Shown here: positions 15,742 to 33,761 of the stretch, piece after piece | How the letters are laid out: every line of letters begins with the position of its first letter | Numbering within the stretch: position 1 is the stretch's first letter | From: the human T2T-CHM13v2.0 reference genome, Homo sapiens | Assembly (NCBI RefSeq): GCF_009914755.1 | Contig: NC_060935.1 | Direction: 5' to 3' (one strand) | Length of the DNA stretch: 64,000 bases | Made by a program: the position numbers and the translations under genes | The notes under the pieces: generated by a model | What the model was told of the DNA's origin: nothing | Seen by the model: only the letters and a program-made list of their open reading frames with translations | Databases searched by the model: none

Positions 15742-15963
15742 CTGTGTGGAAGTTTGTCTAATCAACGTCTACTTTAGAGTGGCTGCACTCTCAGTGGTTT
15801 CTGCTTCTTCCAGAGCTTCTTTTATTGTTGTCCCAGACTTTTGGGAACCAAAGAGGAGTTTGCTTGGAAGTGACAAGTTTCTTGAGCCACTTCTATGCTA
15901 GTTTTCTTCAGAAAGGTGTTTATTTCTATATGTCATGTGACTGGGTCTTAACTACTATTGACT
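15742..15963 (-). pseudogene. Relic exon, 222 nt, phase 2-2, donor GT>AT
   Basis: gaattttcctag|AGTCAA...CACAG|ataagt; 73 codons with 5 stops. Confidence 0.6.
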
Positions 15964-16065
15964 CTAGGAAAATTCTCAAAGTGGTTTCATTTGGTTTTAT
16001 CCAAGTACAGGCAGTGGAGGGTAGGATGCTAGGTAGGTCCCCATCCTTCCTTTGGTGGGACTTAC

Positions 16066-16119
16066 AAGTGTCTCAAGCCATCAAAATCTGGGTTTTTCTC
16101 ATAGCATGGATCTCTTGGG
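16066..16119 (-). pseudogene. Relic exon, 54 nt, phase 2-2
   Basis: aaaattttcttag|CCCAAG...CACTT|gtaagtc; PRDPCYEKNPDFDGLRH, open. Confidence 0.7.
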
Positions 16120-16494
16120 CTAAGAAAATTTTGAAGCATGGATGGGCATTGGTCCTGCTGGACCATATATGGCTACCCAGAGGCAGCTGTTGGTGGGATG
16201 TCCTCACTCGGGGACAATGAGCAAAGGACTCATCAGCCCAGGTAGTAAGTGTTGGTTGAATTCTGGGCACTGGATGTTCTCTCATGTGGTACCCTGGCGC
16301 TGCCTACTGACCATGCTCACCTGGGCCCAGGTGGGGCAATCTCTTGAATCTGACTCTCATCGTCACATGCCACTCTAGTCCTGGAGGCTCTACTGACTTC
16401 CCTCCTCATGCCCCTGCTCTGTCACTCATGGCAACTCCAATACTCACCTTTGAGATTACTTTTGATCTTCATCTCTTCTCTTTTGAAGCTATTT

Positions 16495-16675
16495 TTAATT
16501 TTTATTTTATTATTATTTAATATTTTAATTTGAGATGGGGTCTTGCTCTGTCACCTAGCCTGAAGTGCAGTGGTGCAATCATAATTCACTATCGCCTTGA
16601 GCCTGGGCTTAAGTGGTCCCCCTGCCTCAGGCTCCTGAATAGCTGGGACTACAGGCACATGCCACCAAGCTTGGC
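16495..16675 (-). mobile_element. Alu monomer (FAM/FRAM-like)
   Basis: Single diverged Alu arm with T-rich tail. Confidence 0.75.
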
Positions 16676-17861
16676 TTCAAGCTATTTTAAAAACTATGTA
16701 TTATAGACATCTTCAAGAATACAGAAAAATGGAAAGAACAGAACCATGGCACTCATATTCACTTAATCTTGATTAAACAATTGTTAACATTTTGTCATGT
16801 TTACTTTAATAGAATATATATGAACCACTTCAAAGTAATTGTAGACTTTTCATTAATAAACACTTCAGTATTCAACATGCATCTCTTAGGAATACAACAT
16901 TCTTTTACATAATGACAATACTATTATCACACCTAAGAAAATTAATAGTAATTGGCTAACATCATCTAATTTAAATTGTATATTCATATTTCCCCAATTG
17001 TCCCCCACATGAATTTTTAAATTGGTACTTTAGAACCAGAATTTAATCAGAGTTCATGCATTGCATTTAGTAGTATGATTTTTACTCTCTTTTATTCTAA
17101 AACAATCCCATTTGTGTTTTTAAAAATTATATCATCAGGAGTCAGGGCAGTTGTAATGCAGAATGTCTCACCTTCTGATTTGTCTGACCATTTCTTTGTG
17201 GTATCATTTAACTTAAAAAATACATATGTAGCCCTTGTATGCTCTGGAAACTGGAAATTGATTGTAAAAGCTTGACTAGATTTGCTTAATAATTTTAGTG
17301 GAGGATGCTCATTTTTTTAAATGAACAAATGTCCTGCCTTAGTCCCTTCAGGGTTTGCCTTTTGAATTTCAGTATGTTCTCTTTCTCCTCTTTTCTCTCA
17401 AAAAAGCTTATTTGGAAAATTGCTTTTTTTTTTCCCCACAGCTATTACTACTGAACTATTTCACAAACCCATTTTGAAAGTCAAAAACCGAGCACTGAGT
17501 CTTTCTCTGTAATCCAGCTACACCAACCCTAATCTTCTCTGAGGTGATGCACAGCTGTCACTGGGAGAAATGGAATGCCAGGAAATGCACAAAGGAAAAG
17601 CATCCTGACAAATGTTTTCAGCCTTATGCGCCACACCACTAAAGAACATTGCCACCTGCTGTAGGATATGAAGCTTCTGAAGCACATGAGAAGTAAGAGG
17701 AAACAATGGTCATGCCCCCAAAGGTCTTGCTCCACAGAACTGGAGGGACACGTTCTGAAGAATCCCAGATTGCATTCCAGATGCACCCCATGGAAACATG
17801 GGACTTTGGTCCTTTTCCAACACCAGGTCACAAGGAGAAAGCTCATTTTGCAGCTACTCAC

Positions 17862-18053
17862 AGTTACTAGCAGGGCCATCATCCTTAACATTTTTCTGTT
17901 GACTCAGATCTCAGTGATTTGTAGAAGGATAAATTATCTAAGTATGAATTTCCTCTTAATTCTGAATAGAATCTTATAATAGCCTCTATCCTGTTACGAC
18001 GTTCCCAGTAGTCTTATGAATTCAGTAGGGAATAAACCAGCTGTTTCCATTTC
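17862..18053 (-). pseudogene. Relic exon, 192 nt, acceptor CAG>CAT
   Basis: cctcccgccctccccat|GAAATGG...TAACT|gtgagta; KWKQLVYSLLNS*DYWERRNRIEAIIRFYSELRGNSYLDNLSFYKSLRSESTEK, frame lost near the 3' end. Confidence 0.55.
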
Positions 18054-19356
18054 ATGGGGAGGGCGGGAGGAACAATCTTGGACTTTTTCTTTTTTTCAAC
18101 CAATGTTTATTGAACCCTTATTGTGAACCAGGAGCTGTATTAGGCTCTGAGAATACACAGTTAGCCTGAACCTACATGATGCTTATACTAGGGAAGAAGA
18201 CACATAAACAGATACTTTTATTATAAAATGGTAGAAATAATTACTAGGTGTCAAAGGTTCAAAGTTGAAGGGTATCACTCAGCCTTCCTGGAGGAGCTGA
18301 GACTTGAACTAAGACTTGAAGGATGGGCCAGATGCCAAGTGGGGAGAAGAGCTCTGTTGATGTGTTCATTGTGGTATCCCTACCACCCCACCACATGGTC
18401 TAGTACATGGAAGACATTTAATACAGTGAATTTGCGAAAGAAATCTCAGCAGAGGAAATGTTATAAGCACAAACAAGGCACGGGAAACTAGAAATGATTT
18501 GGATTTACGAGAAGATTAATCCTTATAGGATCATAGATTTCTCTGAAAAACTAATAGAAGCTATGGTCCGTCTTCCTACCAAAATTAACATACACTCAAC
18601 ATTTAACAGGTAATTTTAGGGGGATACAGATATGCCTGAAACTTGTACACACTGAGAAATCTCTGTTATAGGGAATTGGGAGCATTGAGGTTTTTAAAAA
18701 CATCTTTATTTTATTTATTATAAAGTAGGGGAATGACATAACTTAGAGTTACTTTGGATGCATAGTGAAGGATGGGCTTAAGGAAGATAAGACTAGATGT
18801 GGCAGTTCACTTAAGAGGTTGCTGAAATAATTCTGGGTGAGTTAGCCAGAACTAGGAGTGAAGACACGGGCATGGAGAAGAGTAGTGGGGTGAAGAATAC
18901 TTTAAGCGGTAAAACTGGCCTTGCTGGTGTTTGGTTGGATTTGAGAGCAAGGAATGGGAAGGAGCTAAGGTTGACTTTCAGGTTTTTTGAAGGACAGGGC
19001 AGATGGTGGTGCTAGTAATTGAGATAGGAAATGCAGGAAAAGAGGTTTGGGTCAGGAATGGGCTGATGGAGAGTCTGGGGACGGGAGAAATGAGGAGTTT
19101 GGGTTTGGCCATGTTGAGATCACTTGAGGCGACCAGGTAATGACAGATACGAGCGAAGTGGAAGGATAATGGGGAGATGCTGTAAACTTTAAGGAGCAAA
19201 GGATTATGGGAGAGTGGAGTGGGGGTCCAGCATATGTTTTCACTTAATTGGGCAGTGAGGAGGACTGGTGGCCACTGAGTCTGAGGAATGTGGGGAGTAA
19301 GATCATAAGGCAGCTCCTCAAACAAGGGTTGGCGGAGGGCCAGTGTCTTCAGGAGC

Positions 19357-20410
19357 TATGTTAATTTCCCAGGGCTGCCACAACCAAGCACCACAAACTG
19401 GGTGACTTAAAACAACTGGAATTTATTGTCTCACAGTTCTTGGGGCTAGAAGTCAGAAATCAGAGTGAAGCAGGAGAAGAAGGTCTGAAGGCAGGGAACC
19501 TGAGGCCATTTCATGCAGACTTCCTAGAACTAAATTCATGCAGACTTCCTAGAACTTTCCATGCCTAAGTAACAAAAGGACCAGAGGCTATTCCCTTTGC
19601 AAACCCCCACCTTTTCTGTGTGGCAGATGGGAAATCTAAAGTACCTCAATTTGCATACGAGTGTAACTTTGTTTGCTTTGGAGTGTAACTTTGTAACTTC
19701 ACTCCAGCCTCTGATTGGTTGCTGTCCACAACCAATCAAAATGATTGCAGGCCGAGTCTTCGTTTGCATAGAAGTGCGGCTTTGTAACTTCACTTCAGTC
19801 TCTGATTGTGGGCCACCACTTCATTTACATGAGGTGAGCACCAAGTGGCCAATGGGAAACCTCTAGGGGGTATTTGGATCAGAGAAGATTCTGTATCCGG
19901 GCCCATGAGCCTGCTGGTGCCGCTCCCACGCTGTGGAGTATACTTTAACTTTCAATAAATCCTTGCTTTCATTCTTTCATTGCTTCATTCTTTTCTTGCT
20001 TTGCTGTGAGTTTTGTCCGATTCTTTGTTCAAAATGCCAAGAACCTGGACAACTTGCAGTCAAGACCCTCTACCGATAACAAAGGTGCTGGCAGGATCAT
20101 GCTTCCTGTGAAATTTAGCGAAATCCTTCTGCCTCTTCCTAGCTTCTGGTGGTTTGCTGGCAATCTTTAGTGTTCTTTGGCTTGTGGAAGCATCACCTTA
20201 CTCTCGGCCTGTGTTATTGCATGGCGTTCTCCCTGGGTCTGTTTTCTCATGTGGCCCTCTTATAAGGACCCCAGTCTTATTGGATTACAGACCCATGCTG
20301 CTCCAGTATCACCTCATCTTAATTAATTACATCAGCAACGGCCCTATTTCCAAATAAGGTCACATTCTAAGGTACTGGAGTCAGGACTTCAACATACGTT
20401 TTAGCAGGGG
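19357..20410 (-). mobile_element. MLT1 (C/D-like) LTR split by MER51A
   Basis: caccacaaactgggtgacttaaaacaac...tcacagttct before the insertion; caaataaggtcacattct...aggacttcaacat after it. Confidence 0.75.
19466..20081 (+). mobile_element. Solo MER51A-like LTR (ERV1)
   Basis: Starts tgaagcaggagaagaaggtctgaaggcagggaacc, contains AATAAA, ends ...taccgataaca. Confidence 0.8.
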
Positions 20411-20832
20411 ATAAGTTCTACCCATAGCAGGGAAGTTACTATTTCTAGTTCAAGGAGAAAACAGAGGGAACATTCTTCACAGATTGAGGGGGCAGGGGGA
20501 GTTAGGTTCCGAAAGGCTCAAGTGAAATGGTTGGGGGTACTGGGGGGGGATGGTGGTGGGGTTTCTGATCAGAGGAGAGGTGAGAGGAAGAGCTAACCGA
20601 CATTCTGGGTGATAAGACTGGTGCAAATGTGAGTCATGGGGTGTTGGCACGAGGAACTCACTGCAGCTCTGGTTTGAGGGCAGTCTGGGTGGACTGGCCC
20701 TGTGGTGGGGTGAGAACACACTCTGCCTCAGGGGACTCTGGGTAGAGGAGCATCCCATGAAATGCATCAGACTGCTGTTGCCTGGTCAGCTTCTGCTTAT
20801 GGATGTTAGTTTGATGAAGAAGAATCACTTAC

Positions 20833-21057
20833 TTCTTGCAGATTCTTGAAGTTTTCTCCACGGTGGCTGAGATTTCCTAAAAGCTGCCGGTGTCACTGCT
20901 GTTTTTTAAATTATTTTCTTCTTGCTGCTTCTAGCAGGCAGTAAGCAATGATAGTCTGAGAGGTGCTTCTGTGCTCATAACTTCTTTATTTTCTTTGGGA
21001 TTTTGAAGTGTTCTTCTATTCCCAAAGAACTTAAGAAAGCAAATTCAATGAATAAAC
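20833..21057 (-). pseudogene. Relic exon, 225 nt, phase 2-2
   Basis: tttctcaaataacag|GTTTA...CAAGAA|gtaagtg; FIH*ICFLKFFGNRRTLQNPKENKEVMSTEAPLRLSLLTAC*KQQEENNLKNSSDTGSF*EISATVEKTSRICK. Confidence 0.7.
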
Positions 21058-21319
21058 CTGTTATTTGAGAAACCCCTCTCTATCTACTTACTCCTTTCTT
21101 ATTGCCTTTATGAATTCCAAAACAGCAGAGTGCAAGGTAAAAGGTGTTAAGTCAAAAGACTGTCACTGGATTGTAAATACATTCTGGGTAGGGGCTTTAT
21201 ATTGTTAGCCCTTTTAAAAATTCTACTCTCTATGAAAAGGGCAAAAAGAGCTGATGCTCAGGCCACTGCTCTGTGTTTCACTTGCTTGCACTCTTTCTTA
21301 AATAATTTCTTAGTTATAG

Positions 21320-21706
<387 letters not shown>

Positions 21707-21992
21707 TAAGAAGAAGCTCCTATCCAGGTGTGCTAGCTTAAAAACCAGTACGGGAAGAATTTGTGAAACGATGCTTTGTGGTAGCTAGAGGGACTGTATC
21801 TGTTGAGCTGGGTGGTGAGCGGTATGGCACAGATCTGAAGTTAAGGTGGTTTCTTCTTTGTTGGTGTAAAAATGATGGTTGGAGCTATTTTCAAAAAACT
21901 CATAAGAAGGGATGATTGTACACATGTGTGTTGCAGTTCATCTGTACAAATACAAAGACCGGGGACTTAGGAATGTTGACTGCCACTTAGAG

Positions 21993-22150
21993 CAGTGTTT
22001 TGCAAAGTTTAATAAGCACGTGAAGTGCCTGGGCATTTTTAAAAATGCAGATTCTGATTCAGCATATCTGGGATGGGTCCTGAGATTCAGTAGTTCTAAC
22101 AAGCCCCCAGGTGACATTGATGCTGCTGATCCAGAGACCACACTTAGAGG
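21993..22150. mobile_element. MER5-type hAT MITE
   Basis: aaaatgcagattctgattcag...ttctaacaagcccccaggtga...gaccacactt. Confidence 0.7.
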
Positions 22151-22914
22151 AGCAAAGACCTGGGGAACCTCTTGAAGAAGCACCATGATAGCATTGCAGT
22201 CTGGTCCTCAGCCTAAATCCTTCAACTGCAACCTGAAATCCAGAAACAATAAAAGCCAAAAGTATTTTTATAACTCCTTTTGAGGCAAAACCTGATTTGA
22301 ACTCATGTGAAAATATTCATAATGCTTATTTCCTATTTTGCACAACTATTCATGTTTTCATTGCAAAAAGATTGGTGTATATGATTATGGGAAACTGCCC
22401 TAGACTCCACTGGTGTGTGATGTTATATGAGGCACAAGACCATATTCTAAAGTCCAAAAAATTTCTGAATTCAGAAACACCTCTGACTCTCAGAGTTTGT
22501 GGACCTGTGATGGTTTTGGGGATGCTTACTCTATCTATAGTCTTCCTTCTTCTTCTGGAAATTGTTTTCAACTTCATGAAGCTGGGCCTACTCTGTCCTC
22601 CTACGCCCAGCTTCCCCCACCGGCTGCAGATAATTTGATCAGGGCTGGACACTTGACCCAAATTGGGCCAATCAGATTTTCTTTGTGAGACTGTAGAGTT
22701 TGAATTCATAGATGTTCATCTTGGGTGCAGGGACTGAGGCGGGTGAGAAGCAGCTTTCTGAAGCTGCATACCTGAGAAGCAGAGAAAGTTGATCTGGAGA
22801 GAGAAAGAGAGAGAGGGAGAGAGGTGTAAAGACAGAAACAGAAAGGAGTGTACGTGCAGCCTGAGAGTGGGAGGGGAGAGCATCAGCAGGAGTGTGAGAT
22901 GCAGACGGTAATGC

Positions 22915-23810
22915 TGTAATATAATTAGAAAATATATATTTGGTCTTTGTCTCTGGTTCCTGGCACAGAGCTTCTAAAACACTTGTAACTTCTTGAGCGT
23001 AGGGAGTCAGAGGAGTATCTTTTGTTATAATATTTGGCTTTTGTCCCCGGTTCCTGGCGCGGAACTTCTAAAATCCTTGGAATTTCCTGAACGATAGGTG
23101 TGAGAGAAACCTCTATTGTCATTTATAATACGCCTCTTGCAATCATACTTGAGTTTATGTGAATGGGGTGATTCTTGGAGGGTGCAGACTGGTTACCAGA
23201 GGAACCAGCCACATGATTAGAAGATTGGAACTTCCAGCTCCACCTGCTGACCTGTGGGAAGAGGAGAAGGGCTGGAGATTGAGTTCATCACCAGTGGCCA
23301 ATGATTTAATCAATCATGACTACGAAATGGAACCTCCATAATGACCCTCAGTGATGGGGTTGAAGAGCTTCCTGATTGGTAAACACATCTACGTGCCAGG
23401 AGGGAGGCACACCCCAACCCCGGCGGTGCAGAAGCTCCTTCACTCTGGACCCTGATGGCTCTTACTCTGTACCTCTTCACTTGGCTGTTCACTTGTGTCT
23501 TTCATAATAAGCCAGGAAGCATAAGTAAAGTTCTCCCCTGCGTTCTGTGAACCATTATAGCAAGTTATTAAACCTGAGGAGGGGGTTGTGGCCAAGTCTG
23601 AACAAAGTGTAAATAACCTGGGGACCAACTGCTTGCAATTGGTGTCTGAAATGAGGGGCAGTCTTGTGGGACTGAGCCTCTAATCTGTGGGGTCTGCAAT
23701 AACTCTGGGTAGTTACTGTCAGAATTGAATTCAATTTTAGGGCACCCAGTTGGTGTCCATATAGAACTGGAATATTGCTTGGTGTGGAAAACCCATACAT
23801 TTGGGGTAGA
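22915..23810 (+). mobile_element. MER21-family LTR
   Basis: ggttcctggcacagagcttctaaaac, ggcagtcttgtgggactgagcc and gtcagaattgaatt motifs. Confidence 0.75.
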
Positions 23811-24823
23811 GAAACAGTTTCTCCTAGAACAGACCAAGAGTGAAGGCAGAGGTTTCAATCCTGATGGCTTTTTGGTTTCTGGTTTTCAGTCCCAACAGCC
23901 CTTTCTTCCCTTGAGTTCTGTGGCATACAGCTACCATCTTATAATACATTTTTACATTTTTTTAATGCTAGATGGAGTGGGTTTCATTGACCCAAAAGGC
24001 CTTAACTAACACACTAACATAACTTTTTCTGTTAGTGCAGTAAGTTTTTTTTTTTAGACTCTGGAGAATGGACATGCAAATCAAATTCCCAAGAGAATGC
24101 TGATTTATTAATTTCCATGCAGAATAACTGCCAGTGGGACCAGAATACTCCTGCTCACAGGTCAGCTTGTTCCCTGCTGGTAGGAAAATCTGCATGGGAA
24201 GCCAAGTTATTATGAGAAGGCTGCTTGATGAGTGCAGACAGAACCACATAATGAGGGGATCTGAGCAGACTGCCTCCAAGCTAGCCAGGATGGCTGGAGG
24301 CCCTTTTCCCTACTTTCAGGATGGAGTGAACCTGCCAAGTGGTGTACACATGTGCCCGTGCTACAGCATCCTTGGAAAATAGGCCAGCTCACTAAAACGA
24401 GTTCACCCATAAGCCAAGTCAGCTAATGAGCCATTTACCTAAAATGAGTATTTGTTAAAACATTTCATGTGTGACTGGATGGTTTCCATAGCTTTCTGAG
24501 TCTTTTCTGTCTATGGTGACTGGTGACTGTTTTATGTTCTGCAGTTCTTATACCTCTTTTTCCTTTTCTCTTCCCTTCCCTTCCCTCTTTTCTTCCTCTC
24601 CTTCTCCCTTTCCTCCCTCCCTTTTTCCTTCCTGCTTTCTTTTCTATTCTTATTTCAAAGATATTTTTGCTTACTTATCTAAGGTTGCCCATCTCCCCTA
24701 CTTCATGCTGCCATCACCCCATCATCTCCTAGAGCTCAAGACTGGAGATTGTCTCTTGAGAGCTAGGGCAGCCATAAAGCCAGAAACAGTGCTGGATGGA
24801 GAAAATGGGTGGAGCAGAGCTAA

Positions 24824-24876
<53 letters not shown>
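24824..24876. repeat. (TG)n microsatellite
   Basis: About 26 units with one interruption. Confidence 0.95.
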
Positions 24877-25054
24877 ATGGGGGGAAGCTGGAAGGGCAAG
24901 AGCCAGACACTCCAGACAACTTGAACCACCCAGACCAAAGCAGCAGGGGCAAGACTGTCAACTAGAAATCAAACCAAGAATCAAGAATGGAACAAGAGAC
25001 TGGATTGAAGTAAGGAGATAATAATAGTAGTTTTGTATTTCTATTGCCCATTAC

Positions 25055-25312
25055 GTATCTTATAACTTTCTATTTTTCTAAATTTGCAGTATGTGCCTTT
25101 TGGAAACATTTGTGTAATGTTGAATTTGCATAAATCTAGAGTTGCCCAACTCAGGGGGTGTTTTATTTATGATTCATCAACTTTCTCCTTTTTTCTTTTT
25201 AGCTTCTCCTTCCTGCTGCTTATTATTTGCATCTTAGACTTTTGTGCACTAGATGTCATCATTAAGCAAATTAACCCAAATTTAATGTTTGTTGCTCTGT
25301 AGTGAGGCATTT
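25055..25312 (-). pseudogene. Relic exon, 258 nt, phase 2-2
   Basis: ttttttcacttccactgtcaacacag|AAATG...GATAC|gtaatg; K/E/Q-rich (DANNKQQEGEAKKKK), several stops. Confidence 0.5.
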
Positions 25313-25519
25313 CTGTGTTGACAGTGGAAGTGAAAAAATAAGGCGTTCATCAGAAACATATTAAGCTCTATTGCACTTTATAGCTTGTGACACCTAAATG
25401 ACAAAGTGATACTGGACCACAAATATTAACCCATATTATATTTTAATGCTCTTTTGAACCAAATAAAGCCTGTCTTAACCAAATAAAGTTTTTTCCATCA
25501 TAAAAATTATATATATTTG

Positions 25520-26330
<811 letters not shown>

Positions 26331-27034
26331 TGTAATATTAATTTATAAAGCATTAAAAAAGAGTTTAGAAACAAAGAAAGAAGAAAAATGTATCTCGTTG
26401 CACTACTGAAAGACAGACAAAATGAACATTTCCTTCTAACTTTTAAAAAAGAATAGTTTTTACATAGTTATAATTATGTATACAATTTGAGATCCTGTTT
26501 TTTCACTAAATATTATATCAATGTATTTTCCATGTTAGTCTATAGTCTGAGCAAACATTTTTTATTGACTACACAATATTCCATTGAGTGTATACACCAT
26601 ATTTTACTTAAGCCTCTCTTTATTTTTAAAAAGTTATTTTTAATTTTTTGATCTTATAAATAACCCTGGGCCAAATATTTTTGCTTACAAGGACTTTTGT
26701 GTTTGTGTTTGTTTTTCCTTGAGATAGATTCCCAGATGCTGAATTACTATATCAAAGGCTTTTCACAGGAAATTTTTTCAAATAGTTTATACCAATTTTT
26801 AGAATCAACAGAAATAAGTTAGTGCCCATTTTGCTATATTCTCACCAGCACCAAATAAAATAACAATTGCAATAATATATTTGATAATCAGAATATATAT
26901 CTAATGGACTATCTATCTGGTGGAATATATATCTGGTGACATTAATATTTGGTGGCATAGATATCTTTTGCTTTAATTTGCATTTGATTGTTTACAAGGG
27001 AGACTGAACATGTTTTCATGAGATTCTTTGCTAG

Positions 27035-30093
<3,059 letters not shown>

Positions 30094-30559
30094 AGGTCAA
30101 AGTATTTTTAAAATCAATTTGTCTAAGATCTATATATTTTTGAAAGCTTATTTAATGTTTGTGATACTTGCTATAATTATTTTCTCTCATCTGTTGTTTC
30201 TATACTTTTTTATATCTAGAAGTTTTAAATTTGTATATAGTCTACTCTATCCACTTTTTTTCTTCTTCTTCCTTGTTGTTTCAAAAATCTTCCTGTTCCA
30301 ATGGTTAAATATGTAGTACATTTAATATTCATATAGTTTTTCTTATGGCTTAAAAAGTGTCTCTTTGGTCCATCTGGAATTTATGTTGGTATGAAATCCG
30401 TGGAGAGGATCTGACCACCTGCTTAAATTATACTCAGAGAAGGAGCCGATTTGCACTTCTGAGTTTTCTGCAATGAGCCACCTGCCTTTTTCTCCTTGTT
30501 GAAAAGAAATAAAAACGATGACAGAAAAATGTGAGACGCTACGCTGTTTTCCTAGTCAC

Positions 30560-30625
30560 AGGGAATAAGTTTCCCTTTTTCTGAATCTTTCTCCAAATGT
30601 TCTCATCTTCTGATTAGTATTTTAA
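30560..30625 (-). pseudogene. Relic exon, 66 nt, phase 2-2
   Basis: tctcaattttaag|TTAAAA...TCCCT|gtgact; *NTNQKMRTFGERFRKRETYS. Confidence 0.45.
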
Positions 30626-30871
30626 CTTAAAATTGAGACATAAATAGCCTTAGATAGAAATAGACAGAAATAGCCTTAGATTGGTATTCATGGAAAGTGC
30701 TCAAAAGTGGGCAAATTAGAAAAAAAAAAAAAGCACCAAACTTTAAAAAAGTGTTGGAAATCATTCTCTCCAGTGTAAAATATTGTACATTTAGCAAATA
30801 TGAATTCTGGATAAATTGGTTCAGGTAAATTAAGCCAGAGCTGACAATCTTCCCTCAGGACAATAATCTAG

Positions 30872-31190
30872 GCCAGCATTGTCCAATGGAAATAAAATGT
30901 GGGCCATGTATGGAAATTTAAGCCTTCTAGTAGCCAGATTAAAAGGTAAATAGGAGCAGGCAAAGGTAATGTAAATATACTTTCTTTAACCCAATATATG
31001 AAATATATTATTATTTCAACACATAATCTATGTTAGAATTATTAATAACATAGTTTTTTTTTTTCATATTAGGTCTTTGAAGTCCATTGTTTATGTTATG
31101 CTTATGGCACATTTCAATTTGAATTAACCTCATTTCAAGTGTTCAGTAGCTACATGTGGCTAGTGGCTGCCATATCTCACAGAAAAACTC
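30872..31190. mobile_element. MER33/MER3-type hAT MITE
   Basis: cagcattgtccaat...ttctagtagcc and catttcaagtgttcagtagctacatgtggctagtggct. Confidence 0.75.
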
Positions 31191-31332
31191 TAGACACAGG
31201 AACACAGTTTGGCTGTTTGACTCCTTTTTTTCTATACTCCACCCTGAGCAACCTTTTAAAAATGTCTTTTCTCAGGGTCTGTTAGCTGATTAGCTTTTGG
31301 TATTGTGTTGTTACAATCATTTTAAACATAAC

Positions 31333-31401
31333 TCTTCTCCACCGAACTTGGGTGTTTCACAATCTTGCAGCCATGGTTTACAGACAACTGCTTGGTCACT
31401 C
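31333..31401 (-). pseudogene. Relic exon, 69 nt, phase 2-2
   Basis: attagcag|GAGTG...GAAGA|gttatg (weak sites); SDQAVVCKPWLQDCETPKFGGE, open. Confidence 0.35.
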
Positions 31402-32717
31402 CTGCTAATCTGAGGTTAGCACTGAGGTTAATCCTTCCCTCTGTCGCTCTCTCTGTCTGCCTGTGCCTCTGCCTCTGCCTCTCTCCTCCCACTCATTCCC
31501 CTCCATTTTCAGAATAGAAATAGCTTTCTTACTTTCTTCTGATTAAAAAAGTAATAATATATGTTTGTAGGTTTTTTTGAAAAAGAAGCAGGTGCTCAGA
31601 AGGAAAAATGAATAAAGTGAAAATTAACTGTAGCTTATTACACAAAGATAACCATTAGTAGCACTTTGGTAGCTTATCTTTCAGTATTGCAAACATATAT
31701 TTATGAAAACACAATCATACCATATATACTACTTTACTTTGCCTTTTACAAATAATAATACCTGTATTAAAAATATAAATTGACCTCATTGTTCTTTATG
31801 TTCCTCCTAGTATTCCATATGCGTATTTACCATGCTTTATATAACCAGCCTCCTATTATTAGACATTTAGGTTGTTTCCAATATTTCACTCTTATAACCA
31901 GTTTTTGCATGGGTGTATAATTTTCTAAGAAAAAATGTCTAAAGTAGGTCAGATTTTGATAGACAGGGCTGGATTGTCCTTCAGAAGGATTAGGCAATTA
32001 CATTCCTTACAGCAGGGTATGAAAATGCTTGTCATCCTACATCTTGGTTGGCACCAGATAGTATCAATCCTTTCTAATCCTGTCCATTTTAGTTTGAATC
32101 TTCCTAACTTTACTCTTACAATTCTAGAAATATCTTAACATTGATTGTAATATATGGAGAAGTTCAAAGCTTTGAGTGAATTAAAGTGTATACTGAATAT
32201 CTCCAAATGACTTCACATACAGGAAATGATCTAACCTGATGTATCAAGCAAGATAGGTTTGGTTATGCTCAAATAAGAAGCAACTCAAAATCAATTTCTT
32301 GCTCATGATCCATATCCAGGGCAGTTCAGCAGGGAGTTTTGTCCATCATAGACACCTGGCGGCTCAGGCTGACAGAGGTCCAATCTGGATACTCGCTTCT
32401 GGAATCACCTTGTCAGGTGGAAGAGGACCTAACAGATCATGCTCTGGTTCATAAAGCTTCCACCTCAACAGACCTAAGTCACTTCAGCACACATTTCACT
32501 TCCCAAAGGAAACCATAAGAACACATCTGACTTCAAAGAGGGTGGGGAAGTACAGACCTACATACACCTGGCAAGAGAACAGGACTCTGTCAGCATCCCT
32601 AACGACTGTCACACCTTAGAGGAAAGGAGACACTACCAGGTACATATTATTATCCAAATGTCACAGATAAGAAAACAGAGACTTAGTGAGTTTAAGAAAT
32701 AGCTCAGTGCATTTGTC

Positions 32718-33015
32718 AGGCGGGTGCAGTGGCTTATGCCTGTAATCCCAGCATTTTGGAGGCCAAGCAAAAGGATCACTTGAGCCCATGAGTTTAAGAC
32801 CAGCCTGGGCAACATAATGAGACCCCGTCCCTACACAACATCCAAAAAAATTAGTCAGGTGTGCTGGCATGCACCTGTAGTCCCAGCTACTTGGGAAGCT
32901 GAGGTAGGAGGATCACATGAGCCCACAAGGTTGAGACTGCAGTGAGCCATGCTCACACCACTACATGACAGAGCGAGACCCTGTCTCAAAAAACAAAACA
33001 AAACAAAACAAAAAA
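32718..33015 (+). mobile_element. Alu (AluJ) inside a MIR
   Basis: Diverged dimer with (CAAAA)n tail. Confidence 0.9.
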
Positions 33016-33112
33016 GTAGTTCAAGGCCACTTAGCCAGTAAGTAGGGGATTATAATTATCTGGGATTATAATTTAGGTCTGTCTGATTTCAAATGCATGC
33101 GCTTTGTAATAC

Positions 33113-33555
33113 TTTGTCCTCTTAGGAACGTCAGCAACATCTTCAAAAAGAAGGCCCGGCTTTGGGACACACATCTCCTTCTAGTTCTGTGTCAGCGCGG
33201 GTTCTTCAGATTCTCTGGGGCTGTTTTTCTCAGTCAACACATCAAATGCATCATTGTAGTTTGTCCTTGGTAGAACTTCCTGCTTCCCATCTACCTGGAG
33301 TCAATTCTCCTGTTGTGGCAATTGTTCTACGAAAGTGTCCACTGTGATGTCCTCCTCATAAGATACATATTTTGGCCCATCATTTGTAAGCATAACAGTA
33401 TCACTGCATTAGGGATGTCTTCTTGCAAATATTTGATGCTCTGCCCATGTTTCAGTGCAAAATAGGTCCAAAGAACATTATCTTGGACAACTGTGTAGGT
33501 CTTGATAACGTGTAAGCTTCTCATCTGTGTGCATTTTGTGTTTGGGCATCATATT
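33113..33555 (-). pseudogene. Relic exon, 443 nt, phase 0-2
   Basis: gtctccttttcctag|AATATG...ACAAA|gtatta; 147 codons in one frame with 4 stops, acidic: ...DGPKYVSYEEDITVDTFVEQLPQQEN*LQVDGKQEVLPRTNYNDAFDVLTEKNSPRESEEP... Confidence 0.7.
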
Positions 33556-33761
33556 CTAGGAAAAGGAGACTAAGATTTATTGAGAACCTACTGTGTGTCA
33601 GGCACTGTTCTGAGCATTTTAATGTATTTTTATCCTCCTTTATTCTTCATAACAGCCCCTTTGAAGGAGGAGCTGTTATTCAGGGGTATAATTGTCGAAT
33701 CAAATGGGATAATAAGAGTCAAAAATAGATTTCTGAATAGGATAATAACTATGATAATTAC

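Noticed and set aside
17442-17692. Plus-strand exon candidate (ttttttttccccacag ... GAA|gtaaga)
   Set aside because: An isolated pair of sites whose pyrimidine tract is explained by purine-rich minus-strand relic sequence; no expression evidence.
25075-25140. CCCH-finger-like LCKFNITQMFPKGTYCKFRK
   Set aside because: Two of four ligands are missing and it is out of frame with the phase 2-2 exon reading; likely chance.
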